DNA from: Macrostomum lignano
Taxonomy: Eukaryota
DNA: 64,000 nucleotides
Assembly (NCBI GenBank): GCA_002269645.1
Contig: NIVC01002523.1
Span: 1 to 64,000 of the forward strand
Direction: 5' to 3'
Positions 26,101-37,545 of this stretch are shown in pieces. Under the pieces are notes generated by a model, which was given only the letters and a program-made list of their open reading frames with translations, was not told the DNA's origin and ran no database searches. Each line of letters begins with the position of its first letter. Within the stretch, counting starts at the first letter, position 1. The translations under genes were made by a program, and so were the position numbers.

Positions 26101-29100
26101 CCCTGGTGTTCAAGGGGTCTCATTGGAAACCCTGGTGTTCAAGGGGTCTCATTGGAAACCCTGGTGTTCAAGGGGTCTCATTGGAAACCCTGGTGTTCAA
26201 GGGGTCTCATTGGAAACCCTGGTGTTCAAGGGGTCTCATTGGAAACCCTGGTGTTCAAGGGGTCTCATTGGAAACCCTGGTGTTCAAAGGGTCTCATTGG
26301 AAACCCTGGTGTTCAAGGGGTCTCATTGGAAACCCTGGTGTTCAAAGGGTCTCATTGGAAACCCTGGTGTTCAAGGGGTCTCATTGGAAACCCTGGTGTT
26401 CAAGGGGTCTCATTGGAAACCCTGGTGTTCAAGGGGTCTCATTGGAAACCCTGGTGTTCAAGGGGTCTCATTGGAAACCCTGGTGTTCAAGGGGTCTCAT
26501 TGGAAACTGAGGTGTCCAAGGTGTCTCATTGGAAACTGAGGTGTTCAAGGGGCCTCATGGGAAACCCAGGTGTTCAAGGTGTCTCATTGGAAACCCAGGT
26601 GTTCAAGGCGTCTCATTGGAAACTGAGGTGTCCAATGTGTCTCATTGGAAACTGAGGTGTCCAAGGTGTCTCATTGGAAACCCAGGTGTTCAAGGGGCCT
26701 CATGGGAAACCCAGGTGTTCAAGGGGTCTCATTGAAAACTGAGGTGTCCAAGGTGTCTCATTGGAAACCCTGGTGTTCAAGGGGCCTCATGGGAAACCCA
26801 GGTGTTCAAGGTGTCTCATTGGAAACCCTGGTGTTCAAGGTGTCTTATTGGAAACCCAGGTGTTTAAGGTGTCTCATTGGAAACTGAGGTGTTCAAGGGG
26901 CCTCATGGGAAACCCAGGTGTTCAAGGTGTCTCATTGGAAACCCAGGTGTTCAAGGCGTCTCATTGGAAACTGAGGTGTCCAAGGTGTCTCATTGGAAAC
27001 TGAGGTGTCCAAGGTGTCTCATTGGAAACCCAGGTGTTCAAGGGGCCTCATGGGAAACCCAGGTGTTCAAGGGGTCTCATTGAAAACTGAGGTGTCCAAG
27101 GTGTCTCATTGGAAACCCAGGTGTTCAAGGGGCCTCATGGGAAACCCAGGTGTTCAAGGTGTCTCATTGGAAACCCTGGTGTTCAAGGTGTCTTATTGGA
27201 AACCCAGGTGTTTAAGGTGTCTCATTGGAAACTGAGGTGTACAAGGTGTCTCATATCCCAGTGTCTTATTGGAAACCCAGGTGTTCTATATACACTATAT
27301 ACATGAAGAGTACAAAAAAATGAAAGAAGACAGAGGACTAATCAGCGCAGATAAATCTGCAGTTCAGTTCCCAATCAATAATAAAAGTGCAGGCCCGCAA
27401 CCAGCCCGAAGAACGAATAGCTAGATACCCCTGCCAATACAACAGGCTCTGACCTCGATACCGCAGCAGCCTGGCCGCTTCCAACTGAGCAGCAGACTGC
27501 TGATGGCCAGTGTCTGATTTAAGAAACCGATTCTCGTAAATTTGCCGCGCGCTTCGCACAAACTCTAGCTCCTGACGCCTGTCGCTTGGACAGTAGAGAC
27601 TGGCGGACATGCCGCCGCCATTGCCGGCGCGCAGGCTGTGCAAAGTCAGCGCAGTGTCGCAAACTTCGGCGTGAAATTTTTTTGCCTCAAACGAAGCGAC
27701 TGTAGGAGAACTATTCGACGAAGCGGTCGAAGGCTCCGTCTGGCTGAGCAGGGACTCGCGACGCCGCTGCAGCTGCTGCAGTTGGGCGGCATCCCGAGGC
27801 TGGGAAACTGCGCCGCCGCTACATGCCGCTGCTGCTCAAGCGCAGTTTCATTGAGGCAAATAGGGAGGCGAGCAAAGGGCAGAATTATCCCAGATTGGGA
27901 TAAAATGGGGATCGATGGGAAGAATGGGAGGTGGAGCGAATAAGATTCACAAATATCGCACAGAAAGTGAGATAAAATTGGACATTAAAATTTATGGAAC
28001 ATACATACGGTAAACGCACAAATCAGCTATTATACGTAGAATTCATCAAAAAATATTTTTAGCCACAGAAACATATTTCTTCTAGCTGCTCCTACTAACC
28101 TTCGGCTCCAAAGCAGAAATCGTGCACTAGAAGCAGATTCTCAACAATAAGAGTGCCCAAATTAGCCGATTGCAGGTCTTCAACGTTAACGCCGACTGGG
28201 CCGCCCCCGCCGGCTATATTCGGTCCAATACAGATAGCCAGATTCTTTGGCGACATCTTGTTGCGATCCTGGTGCTGGGCCACTCTGGCAAGGAATTTCA
28301 CCAGGTGGCGCAGGTTGGCGTACAGGCTGGGCCGCTCCTGCTGCAGCCGCTGGCAGCAGGCGTGCAATCGGAATCGCCGATTGTCTGGCTCGGCTGTGTC
28401 GCAGGCCTCCGCCCAGTCGTTGAGCAGGTCCTGGCTAACCAGAGGCTCGGGCAGCTGTTTCATATACTTTTTCAGCGTGCCGCACACTGTGGCGCTGTCG
28501 AAGTCGTTAATAACGGCCTCGGCTCGCATCACGTTTAGAAATGACTCCAGCTTCTGCACAGAACCGCTGGGACCGTTCAGGCGGAACAGGCCCTGTAGTG
28601 GGGGGCGGCGGTGCTGCTTAGCCAAGTTATTGGGGCGTTTTTAGCCTCCGTTGATGCTGGAGGTCAATCCGTGTTACTCACATAGCAGAGTGGGGCTCAT
28701 ATGCCTGTGCAGACAGTCACATATCAGAGTGGGGCTCATATGCCTGTGCAGACAGTCACATATCAGAGTGGGGCTCATATGCCTGTGCAGACAGTCACAT
28801 ATCAGAGTGGGGCTCATATGCCTGTGCAGACAGTCACATATCAGAGTGGGGCTCATATGCCTGTGCAGACAGTCACATATCAGAGTGGGGCTCATATGCC
28901 TGTGCAGACAGTCACATATCAGAGTGGGGCTCATATGCCTGTGCAGACAGTCACATATCAGAGTGGGGCTCATATGCCTGTGCAGACAGTCACATATCAG
29001 AGTGGGGCTCATATGCCTGTGCAGACAGTCACATATCAAAGTGGGGCTCATATGCCTGTGCAGACAGTCACATATCAGAGTGGGGCTCATATGCCTGTGC

Positions 29101-32100
29101 AGACAGTCACATATCAGAGTGGGGCTCATATGCCTGTGCAGACAGTCACATGACAGAGTGGGGCTCATATGCCTGTGCAGACAGTCACATATCAGAGTGG
29201 GGCTCATATGCCTGTGCAGACAGTCACATGACAGAGTGGGGCTCATATGCCTGAGCAGACAGTCACATAGCAGAGTGGGGCTCATATGCCTGTGCAGACA
29301 GTCACATATCAAAGTGGGGCTCATATGCCTGTGCAGACAGTCACATGACAGAGTGGGGCTCATATGCCTGTGCAGACAGTCACATGACAGAGTGGGGCTC
29401 ATATGCCTGAGCAGACAGTCACATAGCAGAGTGGGGCTCATATGCCTGTGCAGACAGTCACATGACAGAGTGGGGCTCATATGCCTGAGCAGACAGTCAC
29501 ATAGCAGAGTGGGGCTCATATGCCTGTGCAGACAGTCACATATCAGAGTGGGGCTCATATGCCTGTGCAGACAGTCACATGACAGAGTGGGGCTCATATG
29601 CCTGTGCAGACAGTCACATATCAGAGTGGGGCTCATATGCCTGTGCAGACAGTCACATGACAGAGCGGGTAGTCATAACAGTACAAGAGGAAAATATTTT
29701 CTGAATTGGTTTTGGCAATCGGAAATTACAAGTAAATTTTCCATCGCAATTTTAGAGAATCAGGCTGGCGATAAGCCACCTGGGAGCGGCTTAGGGACAA
29801 AAAGAAATCCCGGATAATCGCGCCAGTCATGCCCCACCCTCACCCCTTTCTGTGTAATCCTCCAAAATTGCTCAGGGCACCGTGAGACGGAACCACGTGT
29901 TTCTCACTAAAGAGTTGGCCAGCATTGTCATTTTGCAAGAATAAGCTTCAAATGCTCACAAATGGTGCCCACTCTCTTATTGCAAGCCTCAAACGGTTGT
30001 CTAGGCTTCGAAGTCGACCAATCACAAGAAAGAACGACCATAGACAATTCAGCTGGAACTGCAGTGTGTATGAGCTAACACACACACACAGACACAAAAT
30101 ATTTAAATATTACCCATAGAGACGAGGGCTGTGTGCATCCTGGCGCACTTTAAGCGACTTGGTCACACAACCGGCAAAAGGCATTACTGCCCATTCCGCC
30201 GACTTCCTTGAGCAGGCATACAAGCGCATGGATACGTGCGCAGTCATGCGCAAATACGCACACACTCACACAGGAGTGTACAGCAGCCCTAACTGTATTT
30301 ATCGTTAGGCATGTTATGCCTTGGAGGTTGGCCCTCAAGGCTGTTAATTGCACGAGCAGAGTCAAGCCGAGATTGTAATTTAGCCCCAAATTAATGTGAC
30401 TGCACTGGGAATCGAGCCCGGGCCGCTGGAACAACAGAACGCCGCGCCAGACCACTAGCCTACGGCCCCACCCAATACTATAGACTGTTTTGCTTTCTAT
30501 AAATAAACATCCGAAATCTCCGGCAGACTAAGAGTTTTGACCTATTAGACAGCTAGTTGTGTCAACTGCTTCTTGTGCTTTCTCTATTGCTCAATTAGCA
30601 GGTGTTCAAATGTGAAACACTCCTGTTTAAGTAGATCAAATTAAGAGAAAAATCACAAACTCAGCAGGGCCAAAGCGCAAGCACGATGAACCAATCTATG
30701 CAAAAAAAGAATTTTGCATTCTAAGTTTTGCTCAAAGTTTGATAAGAAACCCGACGATTAGTAAAATGGAAAATATCTGACCAAACATTCCTTGCACTTC
30801 AGTGTGCCTTGTCAGCTTTCTTTATGTTCCAACTTTCTAAATTAATGCGCCACTTTCTAAATTATTCTGCCACATTATAAATTAATCTGCCCCTTTTTAA
30901 ATCACTCTGCCATTTTCTAAATCACTCTGCTACTTTCTAAATCACTCTGCTACTTTCTAAATCACTCTGCTACTTTCTAAACCACTCTGCTACTTTCTAA
31001 ACCACTCTGCTACTTTCTAAATCACTCTGCTACTTTCTAAATCACTCTGCTACTTTCTAAACCACTCTGCTACTTTCTAAATCACTCTGCTACTTTCTAA
31101 ATCACTCTGCTACTTTCTAAATCACTCTGCTACATCCTAAATTAATCTGCCCCTTTTTAAAACACTCTGCCACTTTTAAATCACTCTGCTACTTTCTAAA
31201 CCACTCTGCTACTTTCTAAATCACTCTGCTACTTTCTAAACCACTCTGCTACTTTCTAAACCACTCTGCTACTTTCTAAATCACTCTGCTACTTTCTAAA
31301 TCACTCTGCTACTTTCTAAACCACTCTGCTACTTTCTAAATCACTCTGCTACTTTCTAAACCACTCTGCTACTTTCTAAATCACTCTGCTACTTTCTAAA
31401 CCACTCTGCTACTTTCTAAATCACTCTGCTACTTTCTAAATCACTCTGCTACTTTCTAAATCACTCTGCTACTTTCTAAATCACTCTGCTACTTTCTAAA
31501 TCACTCTGCTACTTTCTAAATCACTCTGCTACATCCTAAATTAATCTGCCCCTTTTTAAAACACTCTGCCACTTTTAAATCGCTCTGCCACTTTCTAAAT
31601 CACTCTGCCACTTTCTAAATCGCTCTGCCACTTTCTAAATCACTCTGCTACTTTCTAAATCACTCTGCTACTTTCTAAATCACTCTGCCATTTTCTAAAT
31701 CACTCTGCCACTTCCTAAATCACTCTGCCACTTTTTAATCGCTCTGCCACTTTCTAAATCACTCTGCCACTTTCTAAATCACTCTGCCACTTTCTAAATC
31801 GCTCTGCTACTTTCTAAATCACTCTGCTACTTTCTAAATCACTCTGCTACATCCTAAATAATCTGCCCCTTTTTAAATCACTCTGCCACTTTCTAAATCG
31901 CTCTGCTACTTTCTAAATCGCTCTGCTACTTTCTAAATCACTCTGCCACTTTCTAAATCGCTCTGCCACTTTCTAAATCACTCTGCTACTTCCTAAATCG
32001 CTCTGCCACTTTTTAAATCACTCTGCTACTTCCTAAATCACTCTGCCATTTTCTAAATCACTCTGCCACTTTTTAATTCACTATGCCATTTTCTAATCAA

Positions 32101-33639
32101 TATGCCACTTTCTAAATCACTCTGCCACTTTTTAATTCACTATGCCATTTTCTAATCAATATGCCACTTTCTAAATCACTCTGCCACTTTTTAATTCACT
32201 ATGCCATTTTCTAATCAATATGCCACTTTCTAAATCACTCTGCCACTTTTTAATTCACTATGCCATTTTCTAATCAATATGCCACTTTCTAAATCACTCT
32301 GCCATTTTCTTAATCTAGATTTCTAATTCTGATATCATGTTATTCACTGTCTAAAAAACAAATTAAAAAATTCTGAATTTAAAAGGATAAAAGACTCACC
32401 TCTTCAACTAGCACATCGTCACGATTCAAAGCGGCCGTGCACACGTCAATGACGTAGGCTACCTGTCGGCCAGTCTTAGTCAGATGCTCCTCTAGCGGCA
32501 CGCCGTAGCAGGGGCCCGCTAGGCTAGCGGCCGAGGCCACCGCGTCCTCAAGCGCGGGCAGCTGCTCCTCAAGCAGCTGGACGCACTGCCTGTGATAATC
32601 CAGCCTAGACCGCATCAGATCTAACAGTTGGTTGCACAGCCTGGGCCGTTCGCCAAGCAGTTCGTTCAACCGTACTATATAAACGTCGCGCTGCTTACGC
32701 TCGTCGTTCTCGCGGGTGCTCAAATCCAACTGCAGCTCATTTAGAGCGGCCTCGGCAGATTGTTGCTGATGCTGGCTCTGCTGATTCTGCTGCTGATGCT
32801 GCTTGTTCTGCCCGGCCAACAGGCGGCGACGCAGTTTGGCCACTTCTTGGCCGGTGCGGCCGAGGGCTCGCTTCTCCGACTGCAGGCCGGACAGATTCTG
32901 TTCAGCTTTGCGCGCGGCCTCCATCCATTCGGCCACACTGTCCGACTGGCTGTTGCGCTTGTCAACCAGAGCCTGCTCGGACTCGGACAGGCCGAGTAGT
33001 ACTCGTTCGAGAATCTCGTACTCTGCGAGTTTGTTTTTTTACCATAGATGGCCAGCTAGTGAAATCTCAGTGAAATCTCAGTCAGTGAAATCTCAGTCAG
33101 TGAAATCTCAGTCAGTGAAATCTCAGTCAGTGAAATCACAGTCAGCAAATTCTCAGCCAGTGGAATCTCAGTCAGCAAATTCTCAGCCAGTGGAATCTCA
33201 GTTAGCAAATTCTCAGTCAGTAGAATCTCAGTCAATCTCAGTATGCCATTTTACTGAGATTGGTGCCCCTTCCAGTCAATGGAATCCCAGTCAGTGGAAC
33301 CATTCATTCCCAAATGAGAATGTAAAATGTCATCAAAACCGCAGTTGCCTAAAAGTTTACATAAAAATGGACCACCAAATCCAGTTTTTACTCACCACCG
33401 CCTCTCTGCTGCTGCTGGCTTTGCCTGAGAGCATCTGCAGAGGAGCGCAATGCTTCTACAAGCGCCTCTTCTGGATGCTTGCGCACTACGCACTTCTCCG
33501 CTCGCTTGGCCAGGCGTTCAAAAGTGGCACGCAATGGCTCGGCGAGGTCCTCCACTGACTGGCAAGACTCTGGCAGGGCGGCCTCGTCCAGAGCTCCGGC
33601 CTGGGCCCCATCAGGACCAAATCCACTGCCAGGGTTCAT
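10693..33639 (-). CDS. BAR-domain Rho GTPase-activating protein, ARHGAP17/ARHGAP44/SH3BP1 (RICH) family, ~940 aa, 7 coding exons
   Basis: Exons on the minus strand: 33639-33396, 33022-32400, 28592-28100, 27831-27454, 24073-23857, 13344-13274 and 11489(or 11506)-10693. Phases are consistent, but the exon 6/7 junction is less certain. BAR helices are followed by CYGVPLEEHL..GRQVAYVIDVC..EE|GLFRL (arginine finger), LKKYMKQLPEPL and NKMSPKNLAICIGPN. The tail is Pro/Gln-rich and ends EEVTNL*. Confidence 0.9.
11755..12869. repeat. 35-37-bp minisatellite (GAGGGTTGATCTGGGGTGTGTACATTGTGATTCAT) in RhoGAP intron
   Basis: About 30 variant units. Confidence 0.96.
14085..22735. repeat. ~8.65-kb satellite array, 29-bp unit AACTCCAGTCACCAATCTACTGACTTGTG (33-bp +CATC variant), intronic
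   Basis: Roughly 290 near-identical units with no spacers. Variants are +CATC, TTTTGAA, CTTCAG and sporadic 1-nt indels. Confidence 0.99.
23313..23620. repeat. G-rich 17-21-bp minisatellite (GGGAGAGCGGACAGGGCGGGC)
   Basis: Tandem units with closely spaced GGG runs. Confidence 0.93.
24345..25477. repeat. 24-bp minisatellite (ACTAATACTTCAGGTGCCGCTGCC), ~45 units; possibly coding
   Basis: Tandem units with stop-free frames on both strands (TNTSGAAA on +, AAPEVLVA on -). Confidence 0.95.
26035..27290. repeat. 29-bp minisatellite (GGAAACCCTGGTGTTCAAGGGGTCTCATT) with a 348-bp (12-mer) higher-order duplication
   Basis: Near-identical ORFs recur 348 bp apart (26529/26877, 26645/26993, 26761/27109). 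Confidence 0.96.
28686..29665. repeat. 39-bp minisatellite (CAGAGTGGGGCTCATATGCCTGTGCAGACAGTCACATAT) in RhoGAP intron
   Basis: About 25 units lying between RhoGAP exons 2 and 3. Confidence 0.97.
30126..30468 (-). mobile_element. Putative tRNA-derived SINE
   Basis: The minus strand begins GGGCCGTAGGCTAGTGG (A-box-like) ... GGGCTCGATTCCC (B-box-like), followed by a ~260-bp body shared with 6856-7110. Confidence 0.6.
30830..32312. repeat. 20-bp AT-rich minisatellite (TTCTAAATCACTCTGCTACT) grading into a ~58-bp compound unit
   Basis: About 70 units. Confidence 0.96.
33060..33240. repeat. 15/30-bp repeat (GAAATCTCAGTCAGT) in RhoGAP intron 1
   Basis: Seen directly. Confidence 0.9.
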
Positions 33640-34829
33640 CCTGGGATTTTGGGATAATAAGATGGGATTCAATCTAGTATTCAAGTATGTACAGAGGATA
33701 AACAGAATCTATTTTTATTGTGCATTTTTTAGATCTTGTCCCACATATACCCAAAAAGTTCTCTCCTTGGAGAATGGACCATTAGTCCTTAAAAATCCTA
33801 TTTTGAATTACCACATTTATAAATTCCTTCTAATAGAGGGGGCCTAAGGAGAGGCCAATCAAAAATAGGGCCTAAACTTGATAATGATATAAACAAATTA
33901 AGTGTTTGCAACTTTTTAAACAAACTTTAAATTGAATATTTTTGTTTTATATCTAGGTTATATGGATGTAATGAATGTAAGTATGGATGAATGTAAGTAT
34001 CTAGTGCATCTTAGTTATTAATAGGGACTCCAATGACATTTTGTATTTTTTTGTAATTTTTTTTAATAAATCTCATTTGCTTGAATAAAAAGACACTTTA
34101 CTTTTGAAAATTAGTCAAGTAATAAAAAAGTTATAAAAAACTTTTTGCATCTTTAACTTTCGCCTTATAAATACCAATTAGCCTTAAGCCTAAAGGTATG
34201 CTAGACTATAGAAAAACATTTTTTGTCAGTTTTTGTTACAACTAGTATCTATAAACTGTTTTATTCTTATAGAATATATAATTTAATATTGAAATAAAAG
34301 TCCACGGAAATAGAAGCCCTTATTTTGTAAGTGGTATAGTTTTTTAAAGTTTGCCTTTTTTATCAAAAAGATGATATAGTTTATTATCATCCCAATGAGA
34401 GTTAGGTATATTTTCTAAAAAAAGGTTTTTTCTATGAAAAAATGATTTTTTACTTTCTAGTTTATATTTGCTTTTTGCAATTGCATTTCAAAGTTATTCA
34501 TTTGTAAAAAAACCTACTTTTATTTAAATTTACCTTTGAATAATCTATATTTATTGGCAAATCATGGGGACCCTTATTGGAATCTCTATTATTAGACTAA
34601 GCAAAGCCTAATGTTCTTACAATATAGTTGCATTGACATAAGTCCATACTTTTTTGCATACTATGTATGTATGAGGGGTGTCCTAGAAGTAATGTCACTT
34701 TTGCTTACTTTTATAAGTATTAATGTGTGTTTGGAAAATCTTATGCCTTAAAAGTTAGTGGCTTATTTTAGCTTTTATGCCAAGAAAGTCCAATTTTTGT
34801 AAGTGCTTGATCTCTACATATAAAAATCA

Positions 34830-35420
34830 AAACTCTGTGTGTGTGTGTGTCTGTCTGTGTGTGGACAATTTTGATCGCTATGGACTCCCAAACTGCTCAA
34901 CCAAATTACACCAAACTTTACACCCACCCTAAACTTACTACGGAGAATGTCTTAGGCTACCTTTAATTTCCTAGACTCAAGTCTTCCTACCTAAAAGTAC
35001 AAAAAACTGCTCAAAATACGCGATTTTTTCACTAAATCCTCCATAGCGCCGCTCCACTTCTACCGATTCTCTTCAAATTTGACACAGACAATCTTCAACT
35101 ATTTTGGCACAATCGTGTAAAGTTTCGAATCTTAAAGTTAATCCTGAATGGCGCTGTGCACTTTTAAAGTTAGGCTGTTTTTTTCAGCGTAGCAACCACC
35201 CCAACCTCCGCCCGCCTGCCTCTCTTTCCCGATACCGATCTGGGCCCAGATGTGTAAAAGGGGTTTCAAAATTGACTAACTTTCAGCTGCCATAAGTTTG
35301 TTCCACGTAAAGCGATTGACTTTAAACTTGACACAATTCTTCATTGACTCATTCTGTCTAAATGTAAAGTTTCAACTCTGTATCTCAATCAGGACGGAAA
35401 CTGTAAGCATGTGAAGTTTG
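34830..35420. mobile_element. Possible Helentron/DINE-like non-autonomous Helitron derivative
   Basis: A (TG)n/TCTGTC tract is followed by three related CCAAA/TCAAA..TTGACAC...TGTAAAGTTTC motifs, a layout reminiscent of HINE/DINE-1 elements. Termini were not identified. Confidence 0.3.
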
Positions 35421-36114
35421 TCTGCTTTTTCTGTTGTTTGTGCCATTCACTCACTCATTCCCCCAGCCCAGACGAAGGGTCAGGCGATAGGGCTGAATGT
35501 ATATGGCAACGTACAGTGTTTTGGAATAACTTTTAATAGCCTCTGCACCCCCGCGAGTGGAGAGGTGTGGAGAGGAGAGACAGTTTCAGTGAGAGATTCA
35601 ATCCACTGTCCTCTGTATAGACAAGTCTGCAGCAGTTTAACAGTGGATGGCAAACAGGCAAATCAAGGCGATGCGGGATGGTTTGTAAAAATAGCGAAAA
35701 ATTAATGAATAACTTATTACAATGCAATCCTACTAAATTAGTTACACCATGAAGCTTTTAACATAAAGTTTAGCATAGGGTAACTTTAAAATTTAAATGA
35801 CTCCTAAGAAATGCACATTTCCTTGGTTGTTAGACTGCTGCAGAGTGCAGACTGTGGTGGTGGAGCTGGAGATACACAAATTCCTCTCAGGGCTGCTAAT
35901 TGGCCAGAAAGGTGACGTGATTAAAGCATGAGAAATGATAACCATGATAGTACTACATCCCACAAACTGGCTTTCGAAGCAGGGATCGGTAGATTTTTAA
36001 CTCAAAGGCCAGATAAAGAATCCAGCTCATGGAGTCATGGGCACATGGCTGCGGGCCAGATGAGAGTGAAAAAGAATAGACTATTAGTCTATTAGAGTCT
36101 TTCTAATAGACTAT

Positions 36115-36409
36115 TAGAAAGAGAGGAAGGGTGAGAGGGGGGTAAGAGAAAAGATATAAGATAACAGGAGAGACGAGTGGGGTGAGGACGAGGAGAGAGC
36201 AGAGAATATGGGAGGAGGAAGCGAGAGGAGGGGAGACAGGAGGGAGAGGAAAGAGTAGAGGTGAGAAGAGGAAGAGAGAAGAGGGGAGAGATGAGACAGA
36301 GGATCGATGAGAGAGAAGAGTAGAGAAGAGTGAGAAGAGAATAGAGAATAGAGAACAGAGAGGAGATAGGAGAGAGAGGGAGAGAGGAGTGAGAAGAGAG
36401 GAGATAAGA

Positions 36410-36465
<56 letters not shown>

Positions 36466-37545
36466 GAGAAAGAAGAGAGGAGAAAGGAGAGATGATAAAG
36501 TAAAGGGAAGAAGAGGAGAGAGGAAAGAGATGAGATTGTGGAGATGAGAGAGTAGAGATGAGAGATGAAGGAAGAGAGGGCAGAGTGCAAAGAGACAAGA
36601 GAAGAGAATAGAGGGGAGAGAGTATAGAAGAGGGAAGAGAAGAGGAGTAAGAAGAGAGGATTAAGTAGAGGGGAAAGAGAAGAGTACACAGGAGAGTGGA
36701 GAGTAAAGATGACAGAAGAGAGTGGGGGTAGAGAGCAAAGATGAGAGTGAACGCAATATATGAGAGGAGAGAGGAGAGTGAAGAGAGAAGAGAGAAGACA
36801 AGAGAGGGAGAGAATAGAAGAGGGAAGAGAAGAGAAGGGAAAAAGGAGAAAGGAAAGAGAGAAGTCAAAAGAGGGGAAAGATCGAAGAGTACAGATGAGA
36901 GAGGTGAGAGAACATACGAGTATAAGAGAGTAAAGATGGCAGATGAGAGAGGGGAGATGAGAGACCAGAGAAGAGAGTGAACAGATAAGAGATGGGAGAG
37001 TGGAGAGAAAAAAGGATAGAAATAAGAGATGAGAGGTGAGACAAAGGGAGAGAGAAGTGAGTGAGGAGAGAGGAGGGGAGGGGAGAGAACCGAGAGGACA
37101 GGGGAAAGAGGAGAAAGGACGAGAGAGGAGAGGAAACAGGGGAGAGATTAGAGGAGAAAGAGATATGGGACAGGAGAGAGCAGAGAGATAAGAGGAGAGA
37201 GAGGGAGAGAGAGAGGAGAGAGAGAGGGAAAGAGAGAGGAGAAAACATGCAGAAAGAATGAGAAGAGAGAAGAGAGAAAAGATAAAAGAGGAGAAAGAAG
37301 AGATAGATAAGAGAGCAAAGACGAGAGAGAAGAGAGGTGAGGGAAGAGACGATAAAAGAGAGGAGAGAGGAGAGCGGAAAGAAGAGAAGAGATGAGAGGA
37401 GAGAGAGGAGAGAGTAGAGAGTAGAGAGGAGAGAGGAGAGGAGGGATAAAAGAATAGAAGGGAGAGAGAATAGATGAGAGAATAGGGGATAGAGGAGAGA
37501 GAGAAGAGACAGAGACGAGAGAGAGGAAAGGAAACAGAAGAGAAG
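36115..37545. repeat. ~1.4-kb polypurine (GA-rich) low-complexity tract including a (GA)n run at ~36410-36462
   Basis: The + strand is almost entirely purine. Confidence 0.95.

Noticed and set aside
26018-27306. Many overlapping ORFs (LETLVFKGSHWKPWC...)
   Set aside because: They are products of a 29-bp intronic repeat cycling through frames.
28651-29817. 388-aa and 320-aa Cys/His-rich ORFs that look like zinc-finger repeats
   Set aside because: They are translations of a 39-bp minisatellite lying between phase-matched RhoGAP exons.
30395-30468. tRNA gene
   Set aside because: It has A/B-box-like motifs but no complete cloverleaf, and it continues into a dispersed repeat body, so it is treated as a SINE head.
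34670-34720. TATGAGGGGTGTCC mariner-like TIR start
   Set aside because: No partner TIR or transposase remnant was found.
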